A stretch of 64,000 nucleotides of DNA. It comes from Mytilus trossulus. Lineage: Eukaryota. The stretch is from positions 47,306,001-47,370,000 of the forward strand of contig NC_086375.1 in assembly GCF_036588685.1 (NCBI RefSeq). Direction: 5' to 3'. The position numbers were made by a program, and so were the translations under genes. Positions 1-11,696 of this stretch are shown piece after piece (position 1 is the first letter of the stretch; each line of letters opens with the position of its first letter). The notes beneath the pieces are model-generated. The model did no database searches, was not told the DNA's origin, and saw only the letters and a program-made list of their open reading frames with translations.

Positions 1-346
1 CAATCTGTGGTCAAATCAAGATAATTTCAAGCCCCCATCGATTATTCTTTAATGATTAGCATTTATAAAAGAGTTGTATCATATTCATTAAAGAGAGCAT
101 ATAATTTTGGTATAAGTGTATATATTTTTGCTTAGACAGTTTGTACACACAACTGCAAAATGCTGCACTGCTTTTGGCTGTGATCTAGAGTCTAAATGAT
201 TATGCTTGCAATATATAGTTTTTAAATGTAAAAAAAAAAAAAAATCCCTACCTACCTACCCAACTGCTGATGGTGTGAGTCGGCAATGCCAAACAAACAA
301 TTTTTTAAGGGTGGCCTTATACCTAATTTTCATGGTTCTAACTTAC

Positions 347-1376
347 TTTAACAACTTGGTCTGACACATTATGACAAGATTCTAAACATAGAGCTGTAAT
401 ACTAACTCCCAATCTCCTCCATAACACAAACTGTCCAGGGGACATCAACTGATCACATTCCTTTAAAGAAATCTTCTGTAAATGCGGACATCTGTAAAAG
501 AATATTACAAAATAAAAAACAATATAATATCTAGAAACTAAAAGATGATAAAAAATGTATAAAATCCAGCTGCAGTTATTTAAAAGATGCCAAAATTACT
601 TTTAAAAGATAACCAAAAACTTATAAACAACCATCTGCAGATGATCTAAGAAATAACCATATCACATTTTTCTGTGTTTTTTTTTTTTAGATCTTATGCA
701 GAATGTTAGTCATAAGAATACTACAATGTATCATGACTACATGTATATATAACACAAGCAAATTACTTTAGAATGATGTAATTTAGTAGATATCATATTG
801 TGCGTTTCTGATTTCCATAATTTCTTCAGAAGTAAAAAACTAGTTTTAGAAGATCATCCCCACCAAAATAAGAATTAAGTAAAGAATATTTCACATAATA
901 ATAACAATTCATACTTTTTTTTTATTATTCATGACACAAAAATCAAATTGTCTTCAAAGTCTAAATAAATCAAATCCAAAAAAAGACCAGAACAAGTTAT
1001 GGACCTAAAGTCTAAGGAATTGTGACCTATGCATAAAGATACATTATCAAATAAATGATTATAAATTGTGTCACTTCACTCACTTTTTTATGACTTCAGT
1101 CAATCCAAAGAAGGTCAACTGTGGCAAGCATTTATCTACTTTAAGCTCCCTCAAATGACATGGCACAACAGCTTTCAGTATTCTATCAGTTACTTTTTCT
1201 GAATAAAACTGCAACAAGATAATCAACAAATCCTCTGCAACAGCAGAAAATACTCCATCTTCTAACAGTGTCAACAGATATTCTGTAAATTTAGGGTTTG
1301 TTTCTTCTACAAAATCTAGTAACACATGACTACTTGCTAAAGTTGAAACGCTTTTCAGGGATGGCACCATTGCCAT
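347..1376 (-). CDS. Cys-containing leucine-rich-repeat protein (FBXL/AMN1/ZER1-like), 5' part only; coding exons 1376-1084 and 491-347, gene continues beyond the window start
   Basis: Acceptor AG at 1410-1409 with an in-frame TAA before ATG 1376; donor GTGAGT at 1083; acceptor TTTTACAG before 491; donor GTAAGT at 346. Splicing keeps frame: ...HLRELKVDKCLPQLTFFGLTEVIKKCPHLQKISLKECDQL...ITALCLESCHNVSDQVVK, which are LRR-CC-type repeats (LxxLxLxxC). Confidence 0.7.
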
Positions 1377-1884
1377 CTTAAATGTCTTTCAAGCAGTTGT
1401 TCTTTAACCTAAAAGAATATAAGAAGTTAAAATTTATATCGCAATCTGAATTTTTAATAAGATTTTCATTTAAAATTTGAAGTTGTATTTTCAACATTAT
1501 AATTTTATGCAGTGAACAAGAATATATATGCAAAATGTTTTTTTTTTATAGATTATAACCGTTATTTAAGAATTAAATGCTTCTTGTTGTAACATTATTG
1601 GGGTGTAAAAGAGTTGACCGAAGTACATTTTCCGCGCTTCATTCACGGTCAACACCTTTACAACCCTATGAAGTTGAAAAAAAGAAACTTTCAATACTTA
1701 TAAAATTTTACACATTTTGGGATCATGAAAAAATGATTTTATCAAAGTTTTATTTAATTTACATGTATCTATTAATGACACACATTTTGGTGAAATATAT
1801 AGGTATGTTCAAGACAAGATTTTTTTTTAAATTTATCATTCTGTTTCAAGATTCACAGGTACACAATGTATACATGTAATTCTT

Positions 1885-1954
1885 AATAAATTATTCCTAT
1901 ATTCATGATGATGAGATTTGGTTCATATCCGGTAGTTTGTTCCAGTCGGTAATA
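1885..1954 (-). mobile_element. 3' end of an older CR1-group LINE ORF2 fragment (downstream half, split by the younger LINE)
   Basis: The minus strand reads (R)TITDWNKLPDMNQISSS*, which joins in frame to ...YRKESYFP(R) at 5845 to give the FPRTxxDWNxLP C-terminal motif. Confidence 0.65.
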
Positions 1955-1960
1955 GTTCTT

Positions 1961-4900
1961 TTTAAACTGGAAAGTCTTTGATAAACCCAGGATAGGCAGA
2001 AAAGGTGGAGGAGTAGCAATATGTGTGAGGGAAAACAATGGAAAATTTGTTGCTATTGAAACAGACATCTATAACAGCTTGGAATATGAATCAGTAGCAG
2101 TAAATATTACAACTGACAAAGGCATAAAGTTTGCACTGCTGTGCCCATACATACCACCAGAAAGATCTGACCAAATAGAAAAACTGTGTTCTAAACTCGA
2201 AGACGTAAAAAGCAATATTCCCTTGATTATTGCAGGAGACTTAAACGCCAAAAGTCAAGAATGGAGAAACATCAAAACTAACAAAGCTGGTGAACTAAAA
2301 GAGAACATGCTAACCAAACAAGACATGATCTGCATAAACGATGGCCAGCCAACACGAAGGAATTCAGACTCTGTTATAGATCTTATGCTGATGAACTCCA
2401 ATTTCCAACATAATATGATAAGTTGCGACACTCTTTCACACGAGACCATCAGATCTGACCATATCAGTATCCTTACTAATCTACGTGTTTGCTCTGAAGA
2501 TAATTGGGGAACACCAAAGAAAATATGGCAACTTAACAAGGTAGATTGGGAAGAGTGGAAACGTGTCACAGAAGAAAGGTTTGGTGAATGGTTGGAAAAC
2601 AGGCCAGCAAATAACAACTCAGTTGACCATATTTACCAGTCATTTGCTGACATCATAAATGCAACACAAAAAGAAATGATCCCATATAAAGAAATTAAAC
2701 CAAGAAAACACCAAAAGCCATGCTGGTGGAGTAGCTCAGTAACATCTGCCAAAAAACACCTAAATCACTGCCAGAAACAATACAGAATGAGGAACATTCC
2801 ACAAAACAAACAAAGACTCATCATTGCAGAAGACAACTTTGACAAGGCAAAGGAAGATGCACAAGAAGAATGGAGTAATAACCTCGTAAACCAACTAAAT
2901 CAGGCTAAAAACTCAAAAGACTTCTGGAACACGTACAAAAAGATGTCCAGGAAAACAGAAGATAACTCAGTACTCCCATTAATTGTTGAAAATAAAGATC
3001 CAATATTTGACAACAAAAGTAAAGTTGAACTTCTACAAAAAAATTTCTTTGGAGGTAGCCACCTAAAGGATGAGTCATTTGATAAAGAATTTTATGATAG
3101 TATCAACAAAGAATACAAAGAACTAAATAACATGTATCAGGCAGCAAATGAAACAGATCAACATAGAGAAGGCTTTGATAGAGAAATAGACAAAGACGAG
3201 GTAGAAGCAGCTATATACCGCCTTCGCACGGGGACTGCCCCAGGACCAGATCAGCAGTTTGCTGAATTCTATAAGCATGCAGGTGACAAATTTACAGAAG
3301 CCTTAGTAACAATGATGAACATCATATGGCAAAAAGGGGAATTACCAACAGAATGGAAAATGGCAGATGTAAAATTTCTAAGAAAACCAGGAAAAACCAG
3401 CTATTACTCATCCTCTTCTTACAGACCAATCAGCCTAACTTGCATTATATGCAAACTAATGGAGAGAGTCATCCTAGAACGCATTGTGGCATATATTGAG
3501 GGTCACAGATTGATTGATTTAACTCAAGAAGGGTTCAGAAAGAATCACTCAACCACCAATGCTCTACTTCGGTTAGTCCAAACAATAGCTGATGGTTTCA
3601 ATGAGGATGAATCAACTCTTGCATGGCTAGTGGACCTTGAAAAGGCATATGACTCAATATGGCGTGAGGGGTTAATGATCAAGCTGCATAAACTTGGGAT
3701 AAAGGGAAAAACCTGGTTATGGATAAACAGCTTTCTCACAAATCGAACAGCCAGATGTATGCTGAATAACTTCTTTGGAGAACAATTTGATACCAAAATC
3801 GGCTTGCCACAAGGGTCAGTACTTTCACCCACCTTGTTTAACATATTCATAGCTGATATAATGGATAACACAAAAGGAGAAAATTGCAAGTTTGCAGATG
3901 ATGGCACTTTATGGCATAAGGGGAAAGACATAAAGGAAATGAAAGAAAGAACTTCAGAGGATGTCAAAACTATTTTAAAATGGACAGAAAAATGGAGAAT
4001 TAATGTAAACCTGGAAAAGCGTGAAGTATGCCTATTCTCAAAAGGCAACACAGATGCAGAGCAGAAAACATTAAAAGTCAACTCCTTCTCCTATAGATAT
4101 AGTCCAACACCGAAGCTACTTGGAGTAACTCTAGACGAGAAGCTTAAATTTGACACCCACATCAATCTGATGCAGAAGAGGGCAAATAATGCAATATATG
4201 TAATTAGAGATATTAAGGGCATGGGAGGAATATCAAGATCAAAACTACTCCAAATATACAACAGCATGGTTAGATCTACATGTATCATGGAGTATGCATG
4301 CCCAGTCTGGCAAATAACATCTGCAGAGAATATGAAGAAATTAGAAGCTGTACAAAGAAAAGGCTTGTCAATATGCCTAGGACTACCAGGAACATCAGGT
4401 AGAGAGGCAATGGAAGTTGAAGCCAACATACAACCCATAGACCTCAGAATAGAGGAAATATCAGTACGTGAACTGGCAAAAATACAATCAAAGAACATAG
4501 CAGAACCAATTAAACAACAACTAGAACAGTATTTAACAAACAACGCAATCTATGAACAACAGGATTCTCCATTTGGTAAAGCTATAAACCAATCCATAGA
4601 CATGTTCAAAGCCACAAAAGTTGACATCAAACTTATAGAACCAGAATTCACATACAAAGCTGGTGTAGATGTCATGCTAAGGAGATCACCAAGTTATTGG
4701 AGTCGTCTAGGTAGCTCAAAGAACAGAACAGCCGAACAAACTGTTGAAAGTAAACAGGTTGTAAAGGACCTATTAGGAGACAGCACAGACTCAACAGTAG
4801 TGGCATTCACTGATGGTTCATGTCAAGGTAACCCGGGACCATGTGGGGCAGGAGCAGTAGTATATTCTGGAAATAGCCAAGGCATAAGTCTAAAGAGGCC

Positions 4901-5838
4901 AGTAGCTAATAGAGGATCGATACTTCTTGCTGAACTAGTAGCCATACTAATGGTCCTGGAGCACTGTATAACGACTATAAAGGACCAGTTTTCTGAGCTT
5001 AAAATACTGTCAGATAGCCAGACTGCTGTAGGCATCTTGACTCTGAACTGGAAATCTTCTAACTACATCGACACAATTACTGATATCAAAGAATGCATGG
5101 GAACGCTCTCAAGACACGGCATACTAACAACCCTATCTTGGATCCCAGGCCATGCTAATATAGCCGGGAACGAGATAGCGGACCAGTTGGCAAAAGACGC
5201 TGCAAAAGAGGCCTCATCACTAAATGATCAGTATAATGTCATAACCATGTCAGATGTAAGATGTGCAGTCAAGATGTCTACAAAACTCAAATGGCAAAGC
5301 AGATGGACAATTAGTGAAACTGGAAGACAGCTTTTCAACCTAATTCCTATCGTTGGTAAGGACGCACAACTAGACAAGCCTAACAACCAAATAGGAAGAA
5401 TATTGTCAGAAATAAGAACGGGCTACAGCAGACTTAACAAATACAGAAACCAAATCGGTCAATCCCTCACGCCATATTGTGAATGCGGAGAAGAAGAAAC
5501 ATCAGAACACTTCCTGCTATACTGCCCAAGATACCAACAAGAAAGAGAGGACATGCGAAGACAAATGGAACTACTTAACATCGATCCAACAAATATACAG
5601 TCAATACTAGCACCACCAAAAAGAGAAACCTACGAAGCAACATCGCAAATTGTAGGGGAATATATTACAAAATCAGGGAGATTCCAAGAACTTGCAATCC
5701 CTGATTCCCGATCCTGCGCCTAAACAAGTATACCAAAGTACCGCGAGATATTACCTCGAGCAACGGTGTACCATAAGAGGAGGAAGATAGCACACAGAGA
5801 ACAGTAGTGTCAATTATTGACCTTAGGATCAGGATCAG
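1961..5838 (+). mobile_element. 5'-truncated I-group (Nimb/Ingi/I-like) non-LTR retrotransposon
   Basis: Bounded by a 6-bp duplication GTTCTT (1955-1960 and 5839-5844). Ends in a short (AGGATC)n tail at 5825-5838. Contains one uninterrupted APE-RT-RNase H ORF. Confidence 0.9.
1962..5723 (+). CDS. LINE ORF2 polyprotein: N-truncated apurinic-like endonuclease, reverse transcriptase, RNase H and C-terminal Cys/His motif
   Basis: Motifs: GGGVA, GDLNAK, IDL and SDH (APE); YRPISLT, DLEKAYD, GLPQGSVLSPTLF and FADD (RT); FTDGS, AEL, SDS and WIPGH...GNEIAD (RNase H); CECGEEETSEHFLLYC. The frame is open from 1962 with an in-frame TAG at 1953 and no native start. Confidence 0.92.
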   Translation, partial: LNWKVFDKPRIGRKGGGVAICVRENNGKFVAIETDIYNSLEYESVAVNITTDKGIKFALLCPYIPPERSDQIEKLCSKLEDVKSNIPLIIAGDLNAKSQEWRNIKTNKAGELKENMLTKQDMICINDGQPTRRNSDSVIDLMLMNSNFQHNMISCDTLSHETIRSDHISILTNLRVCSEDNWGTPKKIWQLNKVDWEEWKRVTEERFGEWLENRPANNNSVDHIYQSFADIINATQKEMIPYKEIKPRKHQKPCWWSSSVTSAKKHLNHCQKQYRMRNIPQNKQRLIIAEDNFDKAKEDAQEEWSNNLVNQLNQAKNSKDFWNTYKKMSRKTEDNSVLPLIVENKDPIFDNKSKVELLQKNFFGGSHLKDESFDKEFYDSINKEYKELNNMYQAANETDQHREGFDREIDKDEVEAAIYRLRTGTAPGPDQQFAEFYKHAGDKFTEALVTMMNIIWQKGELPTEWKMADVKFLRKPGKTSYYSSSSYRPISLTCIICKLMERVILERIVAYIEGHRLIDLTQEGFRKNHSTTNALLRLVQTIADGFNEDESTLAWLVDLEKAYDSIWREGLMIKLHKLGIKGKTWLWINSFLTNRTARCMLNNFFGEQFDTKIGLPQGSVLSPTLFNIFIADIMDNTKGENCKFADDGTLWHKGKDIKEMKERTSEDVKTILKWTEKWRINVNLEKREVCLFSKGNTDAEQKTLKVNSFSYRYSPTPKLLGVTLDEKLKFDTHINLMQKRANNAIYVIRDIKGMGGISRSKLLQIYNSMVRSTCIMEYACPVWQITSAENMKKLEAVQRKGLSICLGLPGTSGREAMEVEANIQPIDLRIEEISVRELAKIQSKNIAEPIKQQLEQYLTNNAIYEQQDSPFGKAINQSIDMFKATKVDIKLIEPEFTYKAGVDVMLRRSPSYWSRLGSSKNRTAEQTVESKQVVKDLLGDSTDSTVVAFTDGSCQGNPGPCGAGAVVYSGNSQGISLKRPVANRGSILLAELVAILMVLEHCITTIKDQFSELKILSDSQTAVGILTLNWKSSNYIDTITDIKECMGTLSRHGILTTLSWIPGHANIAGNEIADQLAKDAAKEASSLNDQYNVITMSDVRCAVKMSTKLKWQSRWTISETGRQLFNLIPIVGKDAQLDKPNNQIGRILSEIRTGYSRLNKYRNQIGQSLTPYCECGEEETSEHFLLYCPRYQQEREDMRRQMELLNIDPTNIQSILAPPKRETYEATSQIVGEYITKSGRFQELAIPDSRSCA

Positions 5839-5844
5839 GTTCTT

Positions 5845-5985
5845 GGAAAATATGATTCTTTTCTGTACTGTGTTTTGCAGGATGGAATTTGGAAGCTGTT
5901 CGAATTAGAATGTCTTGTTTGTCTTTTTTGAGGAATTAATTTATTATTTTTAGGAATTGCAACCTTTTCGTGTTCAATTTTGTCT
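5845..5985 (-). mobile_element. Older CR1-group LINE ORF2 fragment (upstream half)
   Basis: The minus strand translates as KIEHEKVAIPKNNKLIPQKRQTRHSNSNSFQIPSCKTQYRKESYFPR and continues at 1954. Confidence 0.65.
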
Positions 5986-6656
5986 GTTTATCTACTGACT
6001 CTACTGTATGTTAGCTCTATCCATTCCTTTTAATATTTACATCTCATATCATTCATACTTACAATTTATATATTATAAACTATATTTAAGACTTTCTATC
6101 TACTTACAAATAAACAGATATATGTTAAGTCAACCGAGTGTACCTGGTCTCTTCTACCATATCTACAACTACATTTGTAGTTTTGAACCACTACAGCACA
6201 AATTAAATTACATGGTAGCTTTCTAAGCTTATAAGTACGTGGAAGATTGCCTTGTATAATATAAATATATCTATCTAAAATGTAATTTTCTTACCAATTT
6301 GTACGTAATCAAAGTACGCAACAATATTCAATGATAAGGGAGGGGGGCCAAAATCTCCAATGTAAACAACACGAAAGGACAGGAAGAACCCAGAAGAGAG
6401 CCGAAAGAAGCTGCAACTAATTACCGTAGAATAGTAAAAAATAAGAGAGTACCAGGATGTACGATAAATCAAATAATATGACCAGAAACATATAATATAT
6501 TATAGTTCTCGATCTATATAACAAAATCAAATAAACGAATAGTTTTATCAAAATTAAATTGAATTGAATTATATAAATAATACATGAATATAGAAAGGAA
6601 TAAATATTTCTAAAATTTTGGAATCTCAAAATGTACTACGTTCCGGCGCTTTTGGG

Positions 6657-6688
6657 CAGAGACATATATATGTGTATATATGTCTCTG
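6657..6688. mobile_element. 32-bp TIR-TIR palindrome (putative transposon excision footprint)
   Basis: CAGAGACATATATATGTGTATATATGTCTCTG flanked by TTTTGGG and TTTTGGC. A second copy lies at 56768-56795. Confidence 0.6.
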
Positions 6689-6809
6689 TTTTGGCTGATT
6701 GATTTGTATAGTATTTCTCACTACAATTGTCCAAATATTAATTTTGCTTTCATTATGAATAAATCAAGAGAGAAACTCGTATCAAAGAAAAATCTCTGAG
6801 CATGTAAAT

Positions 6810-7480
6810 ATCATAAATAGTTTCTGTGATACAGCATGACATGTGAAAACCGCCTTTTTTTTTTTAACAAAAACTCAATAACTCTAATATAAAATTTTAA
6901 ATCAGCACTAAAAATTATACAGATCTTTAAAAGATTAATATAACTATAAAGAAGAAAGAAAAGTTTTAAGCAATAATCATATTGTTTTTAGATACGGCGG
7001 GACATGTGACCCCCCCCCCCCTTTCTTCTTTTTTTTTTTTTTATAAATATCACTAAAATAAAATTTCGAATCAAAACCAGAAAGTAAACAGATTTTTAGA
7101 TTAATATCAAAAGTGTGTTAAGTTTTAAGCAATAATTATATATCGTTTTTGAGATACAGCGCGACATGTAACCTCTCCCCCTTTTTTGGCAAAATACTCA
7201 AATACTCAAAATTAAAATTACTATTCATCAACAAAAAGTATACATATCTTAAGATTAATATAACGAAGAGGTGTGTAAGTTTTGAGCATAAATCATAAAT
7301 CGTTTTTGAGATACAGCGCGACATGTAAAAAAAACTCTCCCTTTTTTACAAAATACTCAATATTAAACAAAACAAAATTTTGAATCATCACCAAAAAGTA
7401 TACAGATTTTGAGATTAACTAAGAAGTGTGTAAAGTTTTTAGCAATAATCATAAATCGTTTTTGAGATATGGCGCGACAC
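6810..7480. repeat. Diverged tandem array of ~157-bp units (about 4-5 copies); satellite-like, possibly the central repeats of a Helentron/DINE-like element
   Basis: The motif GTTTTAAGCAATAATCAT...TTTTGAGATACGGCGCGACATGT recurs at about 6963, 7122, 7279 and 7436. Confidence 0.65.
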
Positions 7481-7850
7481 AACTATAGGTCACCTTACGG
7501 CTTTCAACAATGAGCAAAGCCCATATACCGCATAGTCAGCTATAAAAGGTCCCGATAAGACAATGTAAAACAATTCAACCGAGAAAACTAACGGCCTTAT
7601 TTATGTAAAAAAAAAATGAACGAAAAACAAATATGTAACACACAAACAAACGACAACCACTGAATAACAGGCTCCTGACGTGGCCGGGTACTTATACATC
7701 CCGACACAAAACGACACAATTACCAGATCTGAGAGTACTCGCAGATATCTGAAAGCTAGTTCAAAGCCACTACCACTAACAATTAATAAAAAAAAATTAT
7801 GTATCTAAGACTAAACAGTCAATCCGTACACATCCACTCCAATGGATTTA
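7481..7850 (+). repeat. Copy of abundant interspersed repeat family A
   Basis: AACTATAGGTCACC...CAACAATGAGCAAAGCCCATA...GTCAGCTATAAAAGG is nearly identical to 51280-51480. Confidence 0.75.
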
Positions 7851-8922
7851 GTATGGCTGATCATTTAGTCTGTTTAGTTTTTCTCTATCTTCTTTAATTT
7901 TCGCATAAAACACAAAAGATGGAGACATCCTAAATAAGGGGCTGGGCAATCAATCCTACAGAGTGACAGCCTATACTACCTATATAAGCGAAATTTAAAT
8001 TGTAAGTAATTATTGCCTTGCTAGTCATTTTTGTGGCCATGCCGATATTTAGCTAGTTTTGAAATGCCACCACATGACAACATGTTAAGTCAATGTTCAA
8101 ATTCACACGAGTAAACACACATCCTGTTTTATGTACAAAACACCAAACGACAATTGAATATGATACACAGCAATAAATCAAATGAATGACTGGTTCCTTG
8201 TTTATCTTTCAAGCCTTCAGAATGTTCAATTTCTTGTCCTTTTATGAATACACATCAAAAGAGCAGGCCTTTTACAGCTGACTATGCGGTATGGCCGTAT
8301 GGGCTTTGTTCATTGTTGAAGGCCGTACGGTGACCTATAGTTGTTTAAAATTTCTGTGTCATTTTCATGTGTCTCTTGTGGAAATTTTTCTCATTGGCAA
8401 TCATACCACATCTTCTTTTTCCTATTTATACTGTTCAATTTAGCAATGGTGAAAAACTTCAGGATGCATTTTATTACACGTTCGCCGATATCGACTGCTC
8501 ATTTACTTTTTTTATTGGTCATACCATCTTTTAGACACTATATCTGTACCAATGCATTGGATATCAAGATACGCCTCCCAACTTTGACAAACAATATGTA
8601 AGAAATAGTGGAGTGATACGGAAGCCTTTAAGGGCCATGCTAATTTACTTTTAACAATTCATATAACAAATTAATAATTTGATATAAATGTGTTACGTGC
8701 ATTTATGACTTATTTTCGACAGATGATGTTTTAAACGAGTTAAACGACAGTTAAACAGTGTTCTTTTTTTTTAATTATTGTTATTTGAAACTAAAACTTA
8801 ATTTTCTTATCAACAAAATATTATCATTACACAGAGATATGAATTTAATTCAGGTCAGCTTTGGTCCTCATTGAATATGAAGCATAGTCTTATCATTAGT
8901 TTGAAATTTGTATATAGTTAAA

Positions 8923-11397
8923 ATGTTCGGAGTTTGGTTAACAGGGATATTTTTTGTTACTATAACAATCAGTGCTTCGTATGGCGATGACGTGATTGAA
9001 AGCCTTCAGTTCGATGTGGTGTTTTTAAAAACCCAAATGAAAGAGCTGACGACGAAGTTGGATAAATCAAACATACTCATAGATAACTTGACTAAACGAC
9101 TGGAAGTTTCCGAAAAGAGGAACGATGACCTTTTAAACATACAACTTTCTAGTACTGGAAACTGCACGAATAGGCAAGGTAAGCTTTTTATTCCCTTTTC
9201 TTCTAAGATTCAGATTGTATATATTAAAAAAAATGAAAAAAATGAAAGAATATGATGCAAATAATAAAGGAAGAAAAAGTTAAAAATTATGTTTGCAACG
9301 TAAAAAACAACTTTTATTTGTTTCATAAGGCGGAACTAACGTAAGTTATTATTATTATTTGAAATATTTGTTTTTGTTACTAGCATATTATGCTATCTAG
9401 TAATTAAGGTTTTTTATATATATGATTTAGATAGGAAAAGATTGCTGTTATCAGACAGTACGTCGACAGGAGTTGCATTTTCTACAAGATTGACGAAAAC
9501 ATTGACCGGTCTTGGTGCACACCAGCCAGTGGTTTTTGATATGGTAACGTAACAAAAATCTGTTCTCTTTAATTCTTAAACATTTTGTACGAAAGCTTAT
9601 GTGGGATAGCTAATAAATCTTGCTAATCTAGGAACAAGGTGTCACATGACAGAGAAAAGCGGTAAATTGATGTAATTAAGCTTTAAATGCATGCAAGGTT
9701 TGTATCTCAAGTGCATTCACATCTATATATTTAAAACGTGCTTTCATTATCCTAGCAAAAAAAAGTGTAATTATAAGTATTGAATATTTCTTTTAGTAAT
9801 TGAAATGTATAGAGTTGTAAAAGCGTTGACCGTGCGCACATGTTTACACCACAGGCACTCGTCTCAGGTTTTTTACCCCCTATATACCTTTTTATAACAA
9901 AAAATTCGGAGACGAGTGCCCAGTGTGTTTTACACCCCAATAAATTTACAAAAGAAGCATTCAATTCTTAAAAATAATCAGTAGCGTTTCCGAATATATA
10001 ATACGCGTACAGCGTCAATTTAAAAAGCGTGCATATTGGTGTCCTCGATTGAGGCTCTTATTCCTTCTAGTTATAGATTACAACATCTGAAATATCAGTA
10101 CGTTTCATTCTGTTTTAGGGGGATGCGTAAAGTCAAATTCATCTCTTGATTTCAATCTGTAATTTAATTTGCAATCTTACAACACATATTTAATATGTTT
10201 TCGGGTAGATGTTTTAGCCTAAATGTGAAAGATTTGCCCAAAAGAAAAATAATTTCCATTATATTAGGTTTTGACAGACACTGTACACGCATACAACAAC
10301 AATGATGGAATTTTTTCTGCACCTATTTCTGGTATGTACGTGTTTTTTTGGACAACCGCAGTAAGACAATATGAGAGAACTGGATTGGTAGTAGACGGTG
10401 TAACTTATGGCTATGCTTTAGCCGATGTTGCAAACGATGGAGATGCAGATTATGGAAGTGCTTCACAGATTGTTGTTCTTAAGGTAAGTTCGCAATGAAA
10501 AGTTCAAAATTATCCTGATTTATCTGTTCTAATCAAAAGACAAAAAAATACTGAAAATGAAATAAAAAGACATTTACCAAAGCGATGAGTTCCAAAGTGC
10601 CAATTTGGTAAAAAGTCACTATGAACAGTGAGAGGATTTTTTTTTTTATTATAACCAGTATTCTAGATATTCTTTTGAAATAACTTTAACTATATTTATA
10701 GTTTTAAAGCGGTTATTAATTGAAAATGAAGAAATGTTCTTTTTTTTTTGTGGAAATATTAAAAAGAAAAAAAAGTATCTCCTAAAATCAAAAGAATGCA
10801 ATACATACCAAGCAGGTACATGAAATTTTCTACGTTGATATCGCAATAGTACTGAGACGAGCTTTGATCCTTTGGGTTCTGATTAACCCGAATGCGATCG
10901 CCGCGATATAGCCTTTTTTTTTATTATGCAGTGTAAAGCAACCAACAATCAATCAATCAACCCGAATACGATTCGACAGAGATCAGACAATGAATGACGA
11001 GACAGCTAGAGGCCGAGGCTTAACAGTTTATTTGATTGGGCGACCTCTACAGATAATTCCCGAGTCGTAGTATTCTATAACGAATACACGCCTCACTCTG
11101 CGTTCAGATAATGATGGGACATTCAAGAACATGCATTATATTAAATCCGATTTTTTTGTAAAAACAAATGTATATGTCGTGGCGCTGTCTAATCTGAAAC
11201 GGGAGCAATAATCGGAGCTGTGTAAACGCTAGATAAAGCGAATGTCTGCTTCGACTTGCCTAAATATTCAAAACAGATACATGTTTTTGCAGGTTACTAA
11301 GAATCAACATGTTTGGATAAGTGCATTGAGTGGCAGTGGACTTGATGGTGATAATGATAATACATTTTCTGGATGGCTTCTATACCCATTGGAATAA
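8923..11397 (+). CDS. Secreted C1q-domain-containing protein (signal peptide, coiled coil, globular C1q), 229 aa; exons 8923-9178, 9431-9543, 10268-10483, 11293-11397
   Basis: All introns are GT-AG and frame-compatible (690 nt in total). Hydrophobic N-terminus MFGVWLTGIFFVTITISASYG and a heptad region. gC1q motifs: VAFS, VVFDMVLTD, AYNNNDGIFSAPISGMYVFFW, SQIVVLKVTKNQHVWI, NTFSGWLLY. Confidence 0.9.
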
Positions 11398-11696
11398 GAA
11401 TAAAATACCTCTGGTTAGATTGTCATTAATACGAGCCTGGAATGTACATCAAACATCTCTTTTAAATAACTTAGAACTATTCAAAATTGCTCACAGTCAA
11501 ACACATACAAGTATTAAGAATCATTTCCATAACAGCATGGACAATCGCAATACTTGTGCTGGTAATACTAATACTACTGCATGAATCTTGTTTGTCATCG
11601 GCGATCGATAACAGTGATTTGAATAGAATAAAAGGGTAAAAAAAAAACACGACGACGCAAGTGAAATAAAAGAAAGGTTAAGTATTCAACATTTAA

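Noticed and set aside
2069-5035. Several minus-strand ORFs of 60-178 aa
   Set aside because: They are antisense shadows of the LINE ORF2 with no independent motifs.
11330-11584. 84-aa ORF overlapping the last C1q exon
   Set aside because: It is in a different frame from the spliced C1q exon (11293-11397) and runs into the 3' UTR.
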